Source: Saprospiraceae bacterium
GTDB lineage: Bacteria > Bacteroidota > Bacteroidia > Chitinophagales > Saprospiraceae
Length of the DNA stretch: 64,000 nucleotides
Direction of reading: 5' to 3'
Assembly (NCBI GenBank): GCA_022448945.1
Contig: JAKVCV010000021.1
Coordinates: forward strand, 6,804 to 70,803
The notes under the pieces were generated by a model, which saw nothing but the letters and a program-made list of their open reading frames with translations, was not told where the DNA came from and ran no database searches. This document shows, one piece after another, positions 1-9,310 of this stretch; position 1 is the stretch's first letter, and each line of letters starts with the position of its first letter. The position numbers and the translations under genes are program-made.

Positions 1-1339
1 AATAAAAGTAAATATTGCTAAGGCAATAGGTATTTTTGATCAAATAGAAAAAATTTCAAGCGAACCAACGAAAGTTGCTGGTTTGTCAAATAAGCTAGCG
101 AAAATGCTGGATCCCACACATAAGGATGTTGTCAAAATAATTCGTCAGGTTTTAAGGGTTGTTAAGAAAGATAGCGGAGAAGCAATAGACACACTCTCTT
201 CATGGGCAAAAGAATTAATCCAACATTATAATTATGTATATACATCTAACTTGTATAGTGAAACTGCTAATGCGGCTGTTAATATTGCTGAAATTCCCGC
301 TGAATATTCTAAAAGCTCTCCTACCAAAAATGGTTATGAGATACTAAATGCTTGTTTTGACCACCACTTAGGTAAAAACCCCTATGTGTATGCTTTTGGT
401 GAAGATGTAGGGTATATAGGTGATGTAAATCAGGGATTTGCTGGTATGCAAAAAAAATATGGCTCTGAACGGGTTTTTGATACTGGTATTAGGGAGTGGA
501 CAATAATGGGTCAGGCTATAGGAATGTCTATGAGAGGATTGCGTCCAATTGCTGAAATCCAGTATCTGGATTACCTTATATATAGCCTTTCGGCTCTTTC
601 TGATGATCTGGCAACATTAAGGTATCGTACCAATGGGATTCAGAAAGCTCCTGCAATTATTCGTACTCGTGGTCACCGCTTAGAAGGGATCTGGCATTCA
701 GGTTCTCCTATGGGTATGCTTTTAAATAGTCTTAAAGGTATGTGTTTACTTGTCCCAAGGAATATGACCCAGGCAGCAGGTTTTTATAATACATTATTAA
801 AATCAGATGATCCGGCGCTTATAGTAGAATGCCTAAATGGTTATAGGCTTAAAGAGAAATTACCTGATAACATACATAACTTTACTGTGCCTGTAGGAAT
901 TCCTGAGGTACTAAAAGAAGGTACAGATATTACTTTGGTAACTTATGGATCGTGTGTACGAATTGCCATTAATGCTGTTCGACAATTAAAAGAAGAAGGT
1001 ATATTAGTGGAATTAATAGATGTCCAGTCTCTTATGCCTTTTGATGTTAACCATATTATACTTCAGTCATTGAAAAAAACGAATCGTTTAGTTTTGGTAG
1101 ATGAAGATTTTCAAGGTGGTGCGAGTGCCTATATGATGAATAAAATCCTTGTTGAACAAAAAGGCTATTTCGCATTGGATGCAGAGCCTGTAAGTATATG
1201 TGCTGCTGACGTTCGACCTCCCTTTGGGTCTGATGGAGATTATTTTACAAAGCCAACTGTCGAGGATATTTTTGAAAAAGTTTATGCATTAATGCATGAA
1301 GCACAACCAGATCGTTTCCCACCAATGTATTTTATGTAA
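1..1339 (+). CDS. 2-oxoacid (branched-chain/pyruvate type) dehydrogenase E1 component, C-terminal transketolase-like beta portion. The gene is 5'-truncated by the window edge.
   Basis: The frame of the listed ORF (83..1339) stays open back to nt 2, so the TTG at 83 is not the real start. The protein shows the E1-beta / transketolase pyrimidine-binding and C-terminal domain pattern (GEDVGYIGDVNQGFAGMQKKYG, RVFDTGIREWTIMGQAIGMSMRGLRPIAEIQYLDY, TLVTYGSCV). A strong terminator follows. Confidence 0.8.
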   Translation, partial: IKVNIAKAIGIFDQIEKISSEPTKVAGLSNKLAKMLDPTHKDVVKIIRQVLRVVKKDSGEAIDTLSSWAKELIQHYNYVYTSNLYSETANAAVNIAEIPAEYSKSSPTKNGYEILNACFDHHLGKNPYVYAFGEDVGYIGDVNQGFAGMQKKYGSERVFDTGIREWTIMGQAIGMSMRGLRPIAEIQYLDYLIYSLSALSDDLATLRYRTNGIQKAPAIIRTRGHRLEGIWHSGSPMGMLLNSLKGMCLLVPRNMTQAAGFYNTLLKSDDPALIVECLNGYRLKEKLPDNIHNFTVPVGIPEVLKEGTDITLVTYGSCVRIAINAVRQLKEEGILVELIDVQSLMPFDVNHIILQSLKKTNRLVLVDEDFQGGASAYMMNKILVEQKGYFALDAEPVSICAADVRPPFGSDGDYFTKPTVEDIFEKVYALMHEAQPDRFPPMYFM

Positions 1340-1379
1340 AATCAATATTCAAGAAAAAATATTTAAAACTTTAAAAAAA

Positions 1380-1411
1380 GCCCATCAGAAAATTTTCTGA
1401 TGGGCTTTTTT
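1380..1411 (+). terminator. Rho-independent terminator after the E1 gene
   Basis: GCCCATCAGAA / TTCTGATGGGC gives an 11-bp perfect stem with a 4-nt loop, followed by TTTTTT (1406-1411). It is preceded by an A-run, so it is potentially bidirectional. Confidence 0.75.
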
Positions 1412-1487
1412 GTTTCTAAAAAAACCTAAACAAACACGAGTTGTCCTATACTGATTATTTTTTCAAATTGGAACGATTTGTTTTTTG

Positions 1488-1543
1488 TTTTCATTTTGAA
1501 AAAAACACAAAATAATGGGAATCCTTTTTCATTTTGAAAAAAC
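1488..1543 (+). promoter_or_regulatory. Two copies of the palindromic 17-mer TTTTCATTTTGAAAAAA, 38 bp apart (candidate operator pair)
   Basis: Direct reading gives 1488-1504 and 1526-1542. The core TTTTCA-N3-TGAAAA is a perfect inverted repeat. The pair lies about 150 bp upstream of the small secreted ORF and the Crp/Fnr gene. The function is inferred only. Confidence 0.3.
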
Positions 1544-1692
1544 AACCCCCCAATAAAGCATAGTTTATTTATATTTAAATGTATAAAAGACTGAAATACA
1601 AGTAATGAGTACTTCTGGCACAGTTTTCCAACTGTTTTGGTTGTCTAAACATATTTTATTACAAAAATCAACAACAAATTAAACTTAGGATC

Positions 1693-1989
1693 ATGAAATC
1701 ATTAATCTTCACAGTTCTATCTTTTTTATCTCTTACTTCAAACGGCCAAACAATATCATCAAATACTAATAATGATCTGATTGTAGATATTCCAATGATG
1801 GGGAATATTAATATAAATAATTGTGATGAAAAATTAATGCAAGCCCTTAAGATGATTACCATAATGAAAGTAATTAATAAATCTGAGGAAATGAAATTAA
1901 TAATCAATGATACAAAGGAAGAAACATTCGCAATTTCTTTGGATATGGAGAATGAGCAAGAAGAAAAAGTTACTGAATTATTGCAATAA
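1693..1989 (+). CDS. small secreted hypothetical protein (98 aa)
   Basis: It has an N-terminal signal peptide (MKSLIFTVLSFLSLTSNGQ) and sits in an otherwise empty 700-bp gap. I prefer it over the antisense 1668..1907 ORF, which is very hydrophobic and Ile/Phe-rich as expected from AT-rich antisense sequence. I recognise no family. Confidence 0.45.
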   Translation: MKSLIFTVLSFLSLTSNGQTISSNTNNDLIVDIPMMGNININNCDEKLMQALKMITIMKVINKSEEMKLIINDTKEETFAISLDMENEQEEKVTELLQ

Positions 1990-2065
1990 GTATATAATTA
2001 AAAAATTATTAAATAAACAAATCTACCCTTAACCATTTTTATATAACAATTATATTATAATTATC

Positions 2066-2641
2066 ATGAGAAATATCAGAACAAACGTTTCACAAACTAC
2101 ACCAATAGAATTTGCCACAAGAATGCAGGAAGCACTAAAACCCTTTCTATTTGTTAAAAAAGTTAAAAAACAGGAAACTTTATTAATGGAAGGAGATACT
2201 TGTAAGAATATTTATTTTGTCAAATCTGGTGCTATAAAGCAATATTATATTTCTGATGGTAAAGAATTTATTCAAAATTTCTACTTTGATGGTCATATAG
2301 CATCTAATTTTGATAGCTTTTTGACACAAATCCCTTCAGATTCATATCTTGAAGCAATTGAAGGAACAGAACTTTTGGTTTTGAGTTATTTCAACTTTAA
2401 AACTATCTGTTCTGCAAAATCAGACTTTAACCAACAACTTGCAATTTGTATATCAAAAATGAACGCACAACGTGTGAATTTGCTTTTGTTGAGTGATGGA
2501 ATGATGCGTTATGAAAAATTTCTGATTGATGAACCTGAGATACTTCAAAGGGTGCCACAATATATGATTGCCTCTTATTTGGGGATGACTCCTGAAACAT
2601 TGAGTAGAATTCGCAAAAGAATGTCTTTAAAAGCTGCTTAA
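2066..2641 (+). CDS. Crp/Fnr family transcriptional regulator (cNMP-binding domain plus C-terminal HTH)
   Basis: The beta-roll effector domain is present (LLMEGDTCKNIYFVKSGAIKQYY ... LEAIEGTELLVL), as is the C-terminal HTH (QYMIASYLGMTPETLSRIRKR). The length of 191 aa is typical for Bacteroidota Crp-like regulators. Confidence 0.85.
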   Translation: MRNIRTNVSQTTPIEFATRMQEALKPFLFVKKVKKQETLLMEGDTCKNIYFVKSGAIKQYYISDGKEFIQNFYFDGHIASNFDSFLTQIPSDSYLEAIEGTELLVLSYFNFKTICSAKSDFNQQLAICISKMNAQRVNLLLLSDGMMRYEKFLIDEPEILQRVPQYMIASYLGMTPETLSRIRKRMSLKAA

Positions 2642-2727
2642 AAAAGTATAATGAATACCTATAAATAGCTTTTTAAAATAATAATCCATTAATCCTTTTT
2701 TTTATTATTATTTAACCCTACAACCAA

Positions 2728-2759
2728 ATTCTGTCAGATTATTCTGGCAGAATTTTTTT
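2728..2759 (+). terminator. Rho-independent terminator downstream of the Crp/Fnr gene
   Basis: ATTCTGTCAG / CTGGCAGAAT forms a 10-bp stem with one G-U pair and a 6-nt loop, followed by TTTTTT(T). Confidence 0.55.
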
Positions 2760-2926
2760 ATTAGTGAGTACACTTACTATAAACCTATTAAGTCGAATTT
2801 TGATTATTTACTAAGAATGCGTTATTTTCTTTCGGTATTTTTAGCATAATTGTGTTTAATCACAATTAAGATATTATAGAGAATTATTTACGCTAGGATA
2901 GTAGATTATGTGCTTGAGAAATTATA

Positions 2927-4414
2927 CTAGGACCTTTGTCTAGATTTCCATTTAGAATTTTGGACAGAGGTGTTTGGAACTGTGTCTAATTGTGTTTTAG
3001 ATATGTTTTCCATTAAATATACTGCCAATTTAGAAGCAATTTCTGCTTCCTTTTGATTTTCTTGGTTTAGATTTTTATTTGTAAAATGTGTTTTTACAAA
3101 ATTAGTATCAAAATGTCCTGATAAAAACGCTTCATGTTGCATTACAAAAGTCCCAAAAGGAAGTGTAGTTTCACAACCATCAATTTTATATTCATCAATT
3201 GCCCTAAGCATACGATTAATGGCTTCAGTACGATCACTTCCGTAGCTAATAAGTTTTGAAATCATTGGATCATAATAAATAGGGATATCCATACCTTCTT
3301 CAAAACCATCATCTACACGTACACCATTGCCTTTAGGAGTTTGATAAGTAATTAAAGTCCCAATACTAGGCAGGAAATTATTATTTGGATCTTCTGCATA
3401 TACTCTTAGTTCTATTGCATGTCCTTGAATTTCTAATTCTTCCTGTTGGATCTTTAATGTTTCTCCTTTTGCAATTAAAATTTGTTGTTTGACAAGATCA
3501 ACGCCAGATATCAATTCAGTTACAGGATGTTCAACCTGAAGTCTGGTATTCATTTCTAAGAAATAAAAATCACTATTATTTTCTAAAAGGAATTCCACAG
3601 TTCCAGCACCCACATATTCACAAAGTTTAGCAACCTTAACTGCACATGCACCCATTTTTTTTCTTAATTCAGGGGTTAAGACTATTGAAGGTGCTTCCTC
3701 AATTACTTTTTGGTGTCTCCTTTGGATAGAACACTCACGTTCGAATAAGTGAATGACATTTCCATGTGTGTCTGCTAAAACCTGAATTTCAATATGTCGG
3801 GGTGAGGTAACATATTTTTCAATAAAAACTGAACCATCTCCAAAGGATGATTGAGCTTCAGAAACTGCTCTTTCCATTTGTTCTTTCAGTTCTTCCGGTG
3901 ATTCAACAACGCGCATTCCTTTACCACCACCACCTGCAGAAGCCTTAATTAGAATGGGGTAACCAATTTCCGCAGCAATTTTTTGTGCAATTGCAGTATC
4001 CTCAATTGACTCCTCTGTTCCTGGGACCAAAGGGATATTGTTGGCTTTTGCTGCTTCTTTTGCAGCTAATTTACTGCCCATCATACGAATTGCCAATGGT
4101 CTTGGTCCAATGAAAGTAATACCTGCCTCAGTAACTTTCTGAGCAAATTCTGCATTTTCACTTAAAAATCCATATCCCGGATGTATACCATCAACATTCA
4201 GTTTGAGTGCATATTCAATAATTTTTTCACCTAATAAATAGGATTGATTTGATGGTGGTGGTCCAAGGCATACTGCTTCGTCAGCATAGCGTACATGAGG
4301 TGCATTTCGATCTGCTTCTGAAAAAACAGCAACAGTTTTAATACCCATCTCACGGCAGGTACGCATGACACGAATTGCAATTTCACCACGATTAGCGACA
4401 AGTATTTTTTTCAT
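2927..4414 (-). CDS. accC: biotin carboxylase subunit of acetyl/propionyl-CoA carboxylase
   Basis: The N-terminus MKKILVANRGEIAIRVMRTCREMGI is canonical. ATP-grasp motifs are present (GYPILIKASAGGGGKGMRVV, EMNTRLQVEHPVTE). No biotinyl (AMKM) domain is present. The listed ORF start at 4429 is a TTG, and the ATG at 4414 gives the canonical N-terminus. Confidence 0.9.
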   Translation of the reverse strand: MKKILVANRGEIAIRVMRTCREMGIKTVAVFSEADRNAPHVRYADEAVCLGPPPSNQSYLLGEKIIEYALKLNVDGIHPGYGFLSENAEFAQKVTEAGITFIGPRPLAIRMMGSKLAAKEAAKANNIPLVPGTEESIEDTAIAQKIAAEIGYPILIKASAGGGGKGMRVVESPEELKEQMERAVSEAQSSFGDGSVFIEKYVTSPRHIEIQVLADTHGNVIHLFERECSIQRRHQKVIEEAPSIVLTPELRKKMGACAVKVAKLCEYVGAGTVEFLLENNSDFYFLEMNTRLQVEHPVTELISGVDLVKQQILIAKGETLKIQQEELEIQGHAIELRVYAEDPNNNFLPSIGTLITYQTPKGNGVRVDDGFEEGMDIPIYYDPMISKLISYGSDRTEAINRMLRAIDEYKIDGCETTLPFGTFVMQHEAFLSGHFDTNFVKTHFTNKNLNQENQKEAEIASKLAVYLMENISKTQLDTVPNTSVQNSKWKSRQRS

Positions 4415-4562
4415 TGTTATTAGTTTCAATTATGTACAGTTTGTAAATGCTGTTTATTTGATTTGGCCAAATTACAAAAAAAAAAGTTCAATAGATAAAT
4501 ATAGATTCTTTTGTTTATATTGGAGAGTTATTATCGTATAATAAAAATAGGGTTTTCAAACT

Positions 4563-5942
4563 ATGACAAATAATATTTATTTTTTCCTTTTATTTTGTCT
4601 TATTTGTTCATGCAACAATAATATTAATTCTGATACAGAGAATACTATTCCATTAGTAGACACTATGCTTGTTGTTGATTCTATTCATAGGATAAAATTA
4701 TCATTTGTAGGAGATATAATGGGTCATGCGAATCAGATCAGATCTGCAGCAGGAAATCGCGAAAATTTGAGGAGCAGGGATATGAAAGATTTCAATTACG
4801 AACCGTGTTTTAGGTATGTCAAGCCTATTTTTAAGCAGGCTGATTTAATGATAGGAAATTTGGAATTAACCCTTAGTAATAAGGGTAAATATACAGGATA
4901 TCCTTTTTTCAAAACACCGGATGTTTTTGCTAGGTATTTGAAAAATGCTGGATTTGATATTTTGACAACCTGTAATAACCATTCAAATGATGGTTTTTTA
5001 TATGGCATCGAACACACTATTGATGTACTTGATACACTTGGAATTATCCATACAGGCACTTTCAAGGATCAAAACGAAAGGGATAGTTTATATCCTTTAA
5101 TAGTAGAGAAAGAAGTTGATGGCACTACTTTTAAGTTAGCATTTCTCAATTATACTTATGGTACTAATGGTATTCCTACGCCTAGCCCTGCGATAGTAAA
5201 CCTTATAGAAAAAAAACAGATGTTGTTAGATATAGCAACTGCCAAAAAAGCAAAACCTGATTTAATAATTGCAATTATACATTGGGGTAATGAATATTGG
5301 CTGAATGAACATACTAGTCAGGTTCGGACTACAAAACTACTTTGGGAAAATGGGGTAGATGTTGTTATTGGGGCACATCCTCATGTTATTGAGCCAATAA
5401 AAACAGATACATTTTGGCGTGAGGATAGTACTGGGTTTGATGAAAAAATAGTAGCTTACTCATTGGGTAATTTTATTTCCAATCAATATAGGCCTAATAC
5501 GGATATAGGGTTGATCTTTGAGTTAGAATTAATTAAAAATAGTAAAACAAATCAAACTGTTATTGGGAACCACAATTATATACTTGTATGGCGTTATATT
5601 TTTGGAAGATATAATAGGAAATTAAGAGAGGGGTTTGATTGGACATATACCGCTGTACCAGTTACTGCTTTTGAGAATGATCCGAAAACTGCCCTTTTGA
5701 TGAATGAACGGGAAATTGAAGCAATGAATAGTGTTTCAACAAAAATGAGAGCGCATCTTGGAAAATGGCAAAGTAAAGAAAGGATTGTGAAACTTGAAGA
5801 ATTAGGAACTATTGTCCCCCTTATAATTCCACATAATGAAGAACAAAAAATTGAAAAAAAAGAAAAGTCCGAAAAACAAGACAACAAAAAAGAAAAGGGT
5901 AACAAAGAAGAAAATTTCGAAAGCAAAAAAACGACAAGTTAA
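4563..5942 (+). CDS. CapA-family (PGA_cap) metallophosphatase-fold lipoprotein with a Lys/Glu-rich C-terminal tail
   Basis: There is a lipoprotein-type signal (FFLLFCLICSC). CapA/metallophosphatase motifs are present (LSFVGDIMGH, GNLE, CNNHSNDG, IHWGNEY, GAHPHV, YSLGNF). Confidence 0.8.
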   Translation: MTNNIYFFLLFCLICSCNNNINSDTENTIPLVDTMLVVDSIHRIKLSFVGDIMGHANQIRSAAGNRENLRSRDMKDFNYEPCFRYVKPIFKQADLMIGNLELTLSNKGKYTGYPFFKTPDVFARYLKNAGFDILTTCNNHSNDGFLYGIEHTIDVLDTLGIIHTGTFKDQNERDSLYPLIVEKEVDGTTFKLAFLNYTYGTNGIPTPSPAIVNLIEKKQMLLDIATAKKAKPDLIIAIIHWGNEYWLNEHTSQVRTTKLLWENGVDVVIGAHPHVIEPIKTDTFWREDSTGFDEKIVAYSLGNFISNQYRPNTDIGLIFELELIKNSKTNQTVIGNHNYILVWRYIFGRYNRKLREGFDWTYTAVPVTAFENDPKTALLMNEREIEAMNSVSTKMRAHLGKWQSKERIVKLEELGTIVPLIIPHNEEQKIEKKEKSEKQDNKKEKGNKEENFESKKTTS

Positions 5943-6660
5943 AGTAGGTAAATTAACCGCTTGGCTAACATTTATAAGTATATCAGTTTGTCTTTTAATT
6001 CGTGAATATCCAGCATATCTAAATTTTGATACTAAGAAGCAATTAAATGGATACAATGCTACCATTAATAGAATTCAGCAGGAACAATTAGGGTTTCAAA
6101 AACGGTGGATTGATCAACCAGCTCAACGATCAAGTTTACGGGAGAATGCTCAAGAATATATTTATAGTATACTTACAGATAGTATTTTTAAATATTGGTA
6201 TGGTACGGAGTGGGATTTTAATGGTACGACTGCACAACCTGGAAAAGGAATGATCGCCTGTGGCTATTTCGTAACTACTACGCTTGAGCATTGTTGTTTT
6301 CGGTTGCCACGTGTAAAACTTGCACAACAGGCTGCATCAGTAATTATTCGATCATTATGTGAGACTAACAGTATAAGAACTTTCAAAAAATTATCATTAT
6401 TAAAGAACTACATGGACAACAAGAAAACAGGGATATACGTTTTGGGTTTAGATACTCATGTTGGATTTTTATGGAAATCAGAAGCTGGTTTATATTTTGT
6501 CCATTCAAGTTATTCTGGTAAAAAGCAGGTTAGTAAAGAAAAATGGAATAAATCTCAGGTGATACTTAAGTCAAAAATTTTAGTTGTGGGTGATTTTATA
6601 GGGAATATAAATATTATTGATCAATGGATTCAAAACAAGGAAATAAGCATACAAAAATAG
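5836..6660 (+). CDS. membrane-anchored hypothetical protein with an NlpC/P60-like Cys-His hydrolase signature; the start is uncertain
   Basis: The N-terminus is poly-Lys and is followed by one TM helix (LTAWLTFISISVCLLI). The next segments, YGTEWDFNGTTAQPGKGMIACGYFV ... THVGFLWKSEAGLYFVHSS, resemble the NlpC/P60 pattern (G.pY.wGG...DCSG ... HVGIY ... H[AS]). The ORF overlaps the CapA tail by 107 nt in the +1 frame, and 5836 is the only ATG. Confidence 0.5.
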   Translation: MKNKKLKKKKSPKNKTTKKKRVTKKKISKAKKRQVKVGKLTAWLTFISISVCLLIREYPAYLNFDTKKQLNGYNATINRIQQEQLGFQKRWIDQPAQRSSLRENAQEYIYSILTDSIFKYWYGTEWDFNGTTAQPGKGMIACGYFVTTTLEHCCFRLPRVKLAQQAASVIIRSLCETNSIRTFKKLSLLKNYMDNKKTGIYVLGLDTHVGFLWKSEAGLYFVHSSYSGKKQVSKEKWNKSQVILKSKILVVGDFIGNINIIDQWIQNKEISIQK

Positions 6661-6920
6661 TTTTTTACGCTATTGATTGATGCTTTTTATAAGATGCTTG
6701 CAATTTTCTATATAAATTCAATAATAATTAAACAGTAAATATAAATTGAAGTTAGAAAACAATAATTTATATATGTTGTTATATTTGTGAAGTGTTCTTA
6801 ATTATATAATTTGCTATTGCTTCTTTGAGAAATAACTAAGCCTAAAACTACAAATCTTATATAATGAGTAACTTTACTTATAAATTTCATAATAATATAA
6901 TATTCTAAATTAATAATAGC

Positions 6921-7982
6921 ATGTCAAAGCAAATGTCTGCTATAGAAGCAAAATATGAAGCTCAAAAAATTGCTTTTGCGCCCTTTTATTTTCACGCCAC
7001 AATTGCGCTTAAAGAATTAGGGATTTTAGATTGCATATCTAAAAACAGAAGGGGAGTGCTGTTAAAGGAAATTGTTGATGAAACAGGACTTTCAATATAT
7101 GGTATAAAAATATTATTGGAGGCAGGTATAGCTGCTAATCTACTTGAAGAAAATGAAGAAGGATATCTTTTTCTAACATCTGTCGGGCAGTTTATTCGTT
7201 CAGATAGAATGACAGAGGTGAATTTAAATTTCACAAAAGATGTTTGTTATTCAGGTCTTGCTAGCCTTAAGGATTCTATTGTAAATGGTAAACCCGAAGG
7301 ATTGAAAGTTTTCGGAAATTGGCCTACTGTTTATCAAGGGCTTTCAGAATTGCCGAAGAAAGTAAAAAAATCGTGGTTTGAGTTCGATCACTTTTATTCT
7401 GATGATGCTTTCCCTTATGCATTGGATATTGTTTTCAGTGAAAATGTTGGTCAATTATTTGATGTTGGTGGCAACACTGGTAAATGGGCCAAGGCTTGTT
7501 GTGAATTTGATAAAAATGTAAAAGTGAAAATTCTGGATTTGCCTGGTCAGTTGAATGTAGCTAAAGATAATATTATCAATGAACAATATGCCGATAGGGT
7601 TTCATATCATGAAATAGATTTATTGGATGATCAGCAGTATATTCCTGAAGGAGCGGGTGTTGTATGGATGAGTCAATTTTTAGATTGCTTTGGTGCACAT
7701 GAAATTTTATCTATTCTCAAAAGAGTATATGAAGCTATTGATAATAATGCAAGGGTGTATATTCTTGAACCATTTTGGAATAATCAAAGGTTTCCTGCTT
7801 CACGTTTTTGTCTCGTGGGCACTTCTATGTATTTTACCTGTATTGCTAATGGTAATAGTAAAATGTATCATTCTGAAGAAATGAAAGAAATGGTTGTTGA
7901 TACGGGTTTCGAAGTATTGGATACTTTTGAATTAATTGGTGATTCTTATCATACATTACTTAAGTTGAGGAAAAGACAATAA
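6921..7982 (+). CDS. class I SAM-dependent O-methyltransferase (family-2 type with N-terminal dimerisation/wHTH domain)
   Basis: It carries SAM motif I (FDVGGNTGKWA), the downstream acidic loop (KILDLPG) and an N-terminal helical dimerisation-like region. Its 353 aa is typical of Methyltransf_2 enzymes. Confidence 0.8.
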   Translation: MSKQMSAIEAKYEAQKIAFAPFYFHATIALKELGILDCISKNRRGVLLKEIVDETGLSIYGIKILLEAGIAANLLEENEEGYLFLTSVGQFIRSDRMTEVNLNFTKDVCYSGLASLKDSIVNGKPEGLKVFGNWPTVYQGLSELPKKVKKSWFEFDHFYSDDAFPYALDIVFSENVGQLFDVGGNTGKWAKACCEFDKNVKVKILDLPGQLNVAKDNIINEQYADRVSYHEIDLLDDQQYIPEGAGVVWMSQFLDCFGAHEILSILKRVYEAIDNNARVYILEPFWNNQRFPASRFCLVGTSMYFTCIANGNSKMYHSEEMKEMVVDTGFEVLDTFELIGDSYHTLLKLRKRQ

Positions 7983-8001
7983 GAATTTTAGTTATAAATT
8001 A

Positions 8002-8009
8002 TATATTTG
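8002..8009 (+). promoter_or_regulatory. candidate Bacteroidota -7 promoter box (TAnnTTTG) for the acyl-CoA dehydrogenase gene
   Basis: TATATTTG matches TAnnTTTG exactly, 68 nt upstream of the ATG at 8077. I see no clear -33 TTTG. Confidence 0.3.
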
Positions 8010-8076
8010 CAAAAAATTAAATTAGTTAACAATAGATAGTTGTATAAAAAACTATGCTTTAAGAACATAAATTGAT

Positions 8077-9243
8077 ATGAATTTTGAATTGACCGAAGAA
8101 CATTTAGCAGTACAGGAAGCTGCAAGAGATTTTGCCCAACAAGAACTGTTGCCTGGTGTAATTGAACGTGATTCTAAAATGATACATGCTACTTCACAAC
8201 TTAGACAGATGGGTGAATTAGGGTTTTTGGGAATGATGGTCGATCCGAAATATGGAGGAGGAGGAATGGATGCAGTTTCTTATGTATTGGCAATGGAAGA
8301 AATTTCAAAAGTAGATAATTCATGTTCTGTATGTATGTCTGTTAATAATTCTCTTGTTTGTTGGGGTTTGGAAGAATATGGTACAGAAGAACAAAAACAG
8401 AAGTACCTTACCAAGTTGTGTACAGGTGAATGGATTGGTGCATTTTGCTTATCAGAACCTGAAGCAGGCTCTGATGCTACTTCTCAGAGAACAACAGCTA
8501 TTGATAAAGGTGATCATTACCTATTGAATGGTACAAAAAACTGGATTACTAATGGAGGCACTTCACAAGTTCATCTCGTAATTGCACAAACAGACAAAGA
8601 TAAAGGTCATAGAGGTATTAATGCTTTTATTGTCGAAACCAGTATGGAAGGTGTAGTTGTTGGTGCTAAAGAAGATAAATTAGGGATTCGTTCTTCAGAC
8701 ACACATACTATTATGTATAATGATGTAAAAGTGCCTAAGGAAAATCGGATAGGAGAAGATGGTTTCGGATTTAAATTTGCCATGAAAACATTGTCTGGCG
8801 GTCGTATAGGAATTGCAGCGCAAGCATTGGGGATTGCCGGCGGAGCTTATGAGCTTGCTTCTGCCTATGCTAAAGAGCGTGTTGCATTTGGTAAACCTAT
8901 AATTAAACATCAGGGAGTTGGTTTTAAATTAGCAACAATGGCTACAGAAATAGAAGCTGCGAAAATGATGGTTTATCGTGCAGCATGGTTGAAAGATCAA
9001 CATATGGATTATGATCTAGCGGGTTCACAAGCCAAATTGTATGCTTCTGAAGTAGCAATGCGAACAACTGTTGAGGCTGTCCAGGTTCATGGAGGGTATG
9101 GGTTTGTCAAAGAATATCATGTAGAACGATTGATGCGAGATGCTAAAATCACACAGATCTATGAAGGCACTTCTGAGGTACAAAGGATAGTAATTAGCCG
9201 TTGCAATGAGAAAGGCCAATTATATGTGCCTGTAAAAAAATAG
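8077..9243 (+). CDS. acyl-CoA dehydrogenase (short/branched-chain, butyryl-CoA dehydrogenase-like)
   Basis: The ACAD pattern runs the full length (MNFELTEEHLAVQEAARDFAQ, GAFCLSEPEAGSDA, KNWITNGG, QVHGGYGFVKEYHVERLMRDAKITQIYEGTSEVQR). Confidence 0.9.
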   Translation: MNFELTEEHLAVQEAARDFAQQELLPGVIERDSKMIHATSQLRQMGELGFLGMMVDPKYGGGGMDAVSYVLAMEEISKVDNSCSVCMSVNNSLVCWGLEEYGTEEQKQKYLTKLCTGEWIGAFCLSEPEAGSDATSQRTTAIDKGDHYLLNGTKNWITNGGTSQVHLVIAQTDKDKGHRGINAFIVETSMEGVVVGAKEDKLGIRSSDTHTIMYNDVKVPKENRIGEDGFGFKFAMKTLSGGRIGIAAQALGIAGGAYELASAYAKERVAFGKPIIKHQGVGFKLATMATEIEAAKMMVYRAAWLKDQHMDYDLAGSQAKLYASEVAMRTTVEAVQVHGGYGFVKEYHVERLMRDAKITQIYEGTSEVQRIVISRCNEKGQLYVPVKK

Positions 9244-9310
9244 TATAATCAGATAATAAAATGTTGTAGCATTTTTTTTCAATAGCATTTTTTATTTCAG
9301 CTTTTTCTAT

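Noticed and set aside
1668-1907. 79-aa minus-strand ORF overlapping the small secreted ORF
   Set aside because: Its composition is extremely Ile/Phe/Leu-rich, as expected for the antisense of AT-rich coding DNA. The plus-strand ORF has a proper signal peptide. Only one of the two can be real, and the plus-strand ORF is the better candidate.
5594-6065. Minus-strand ORFs 5594..5926 and 5802..6065
   Set aside because: They are the antisense of the A-rich Lys/Glu-coding tract and give poly-Phe/Leu/Ser low-complexity peptides. They overlap two better-supported plus-strand genes.
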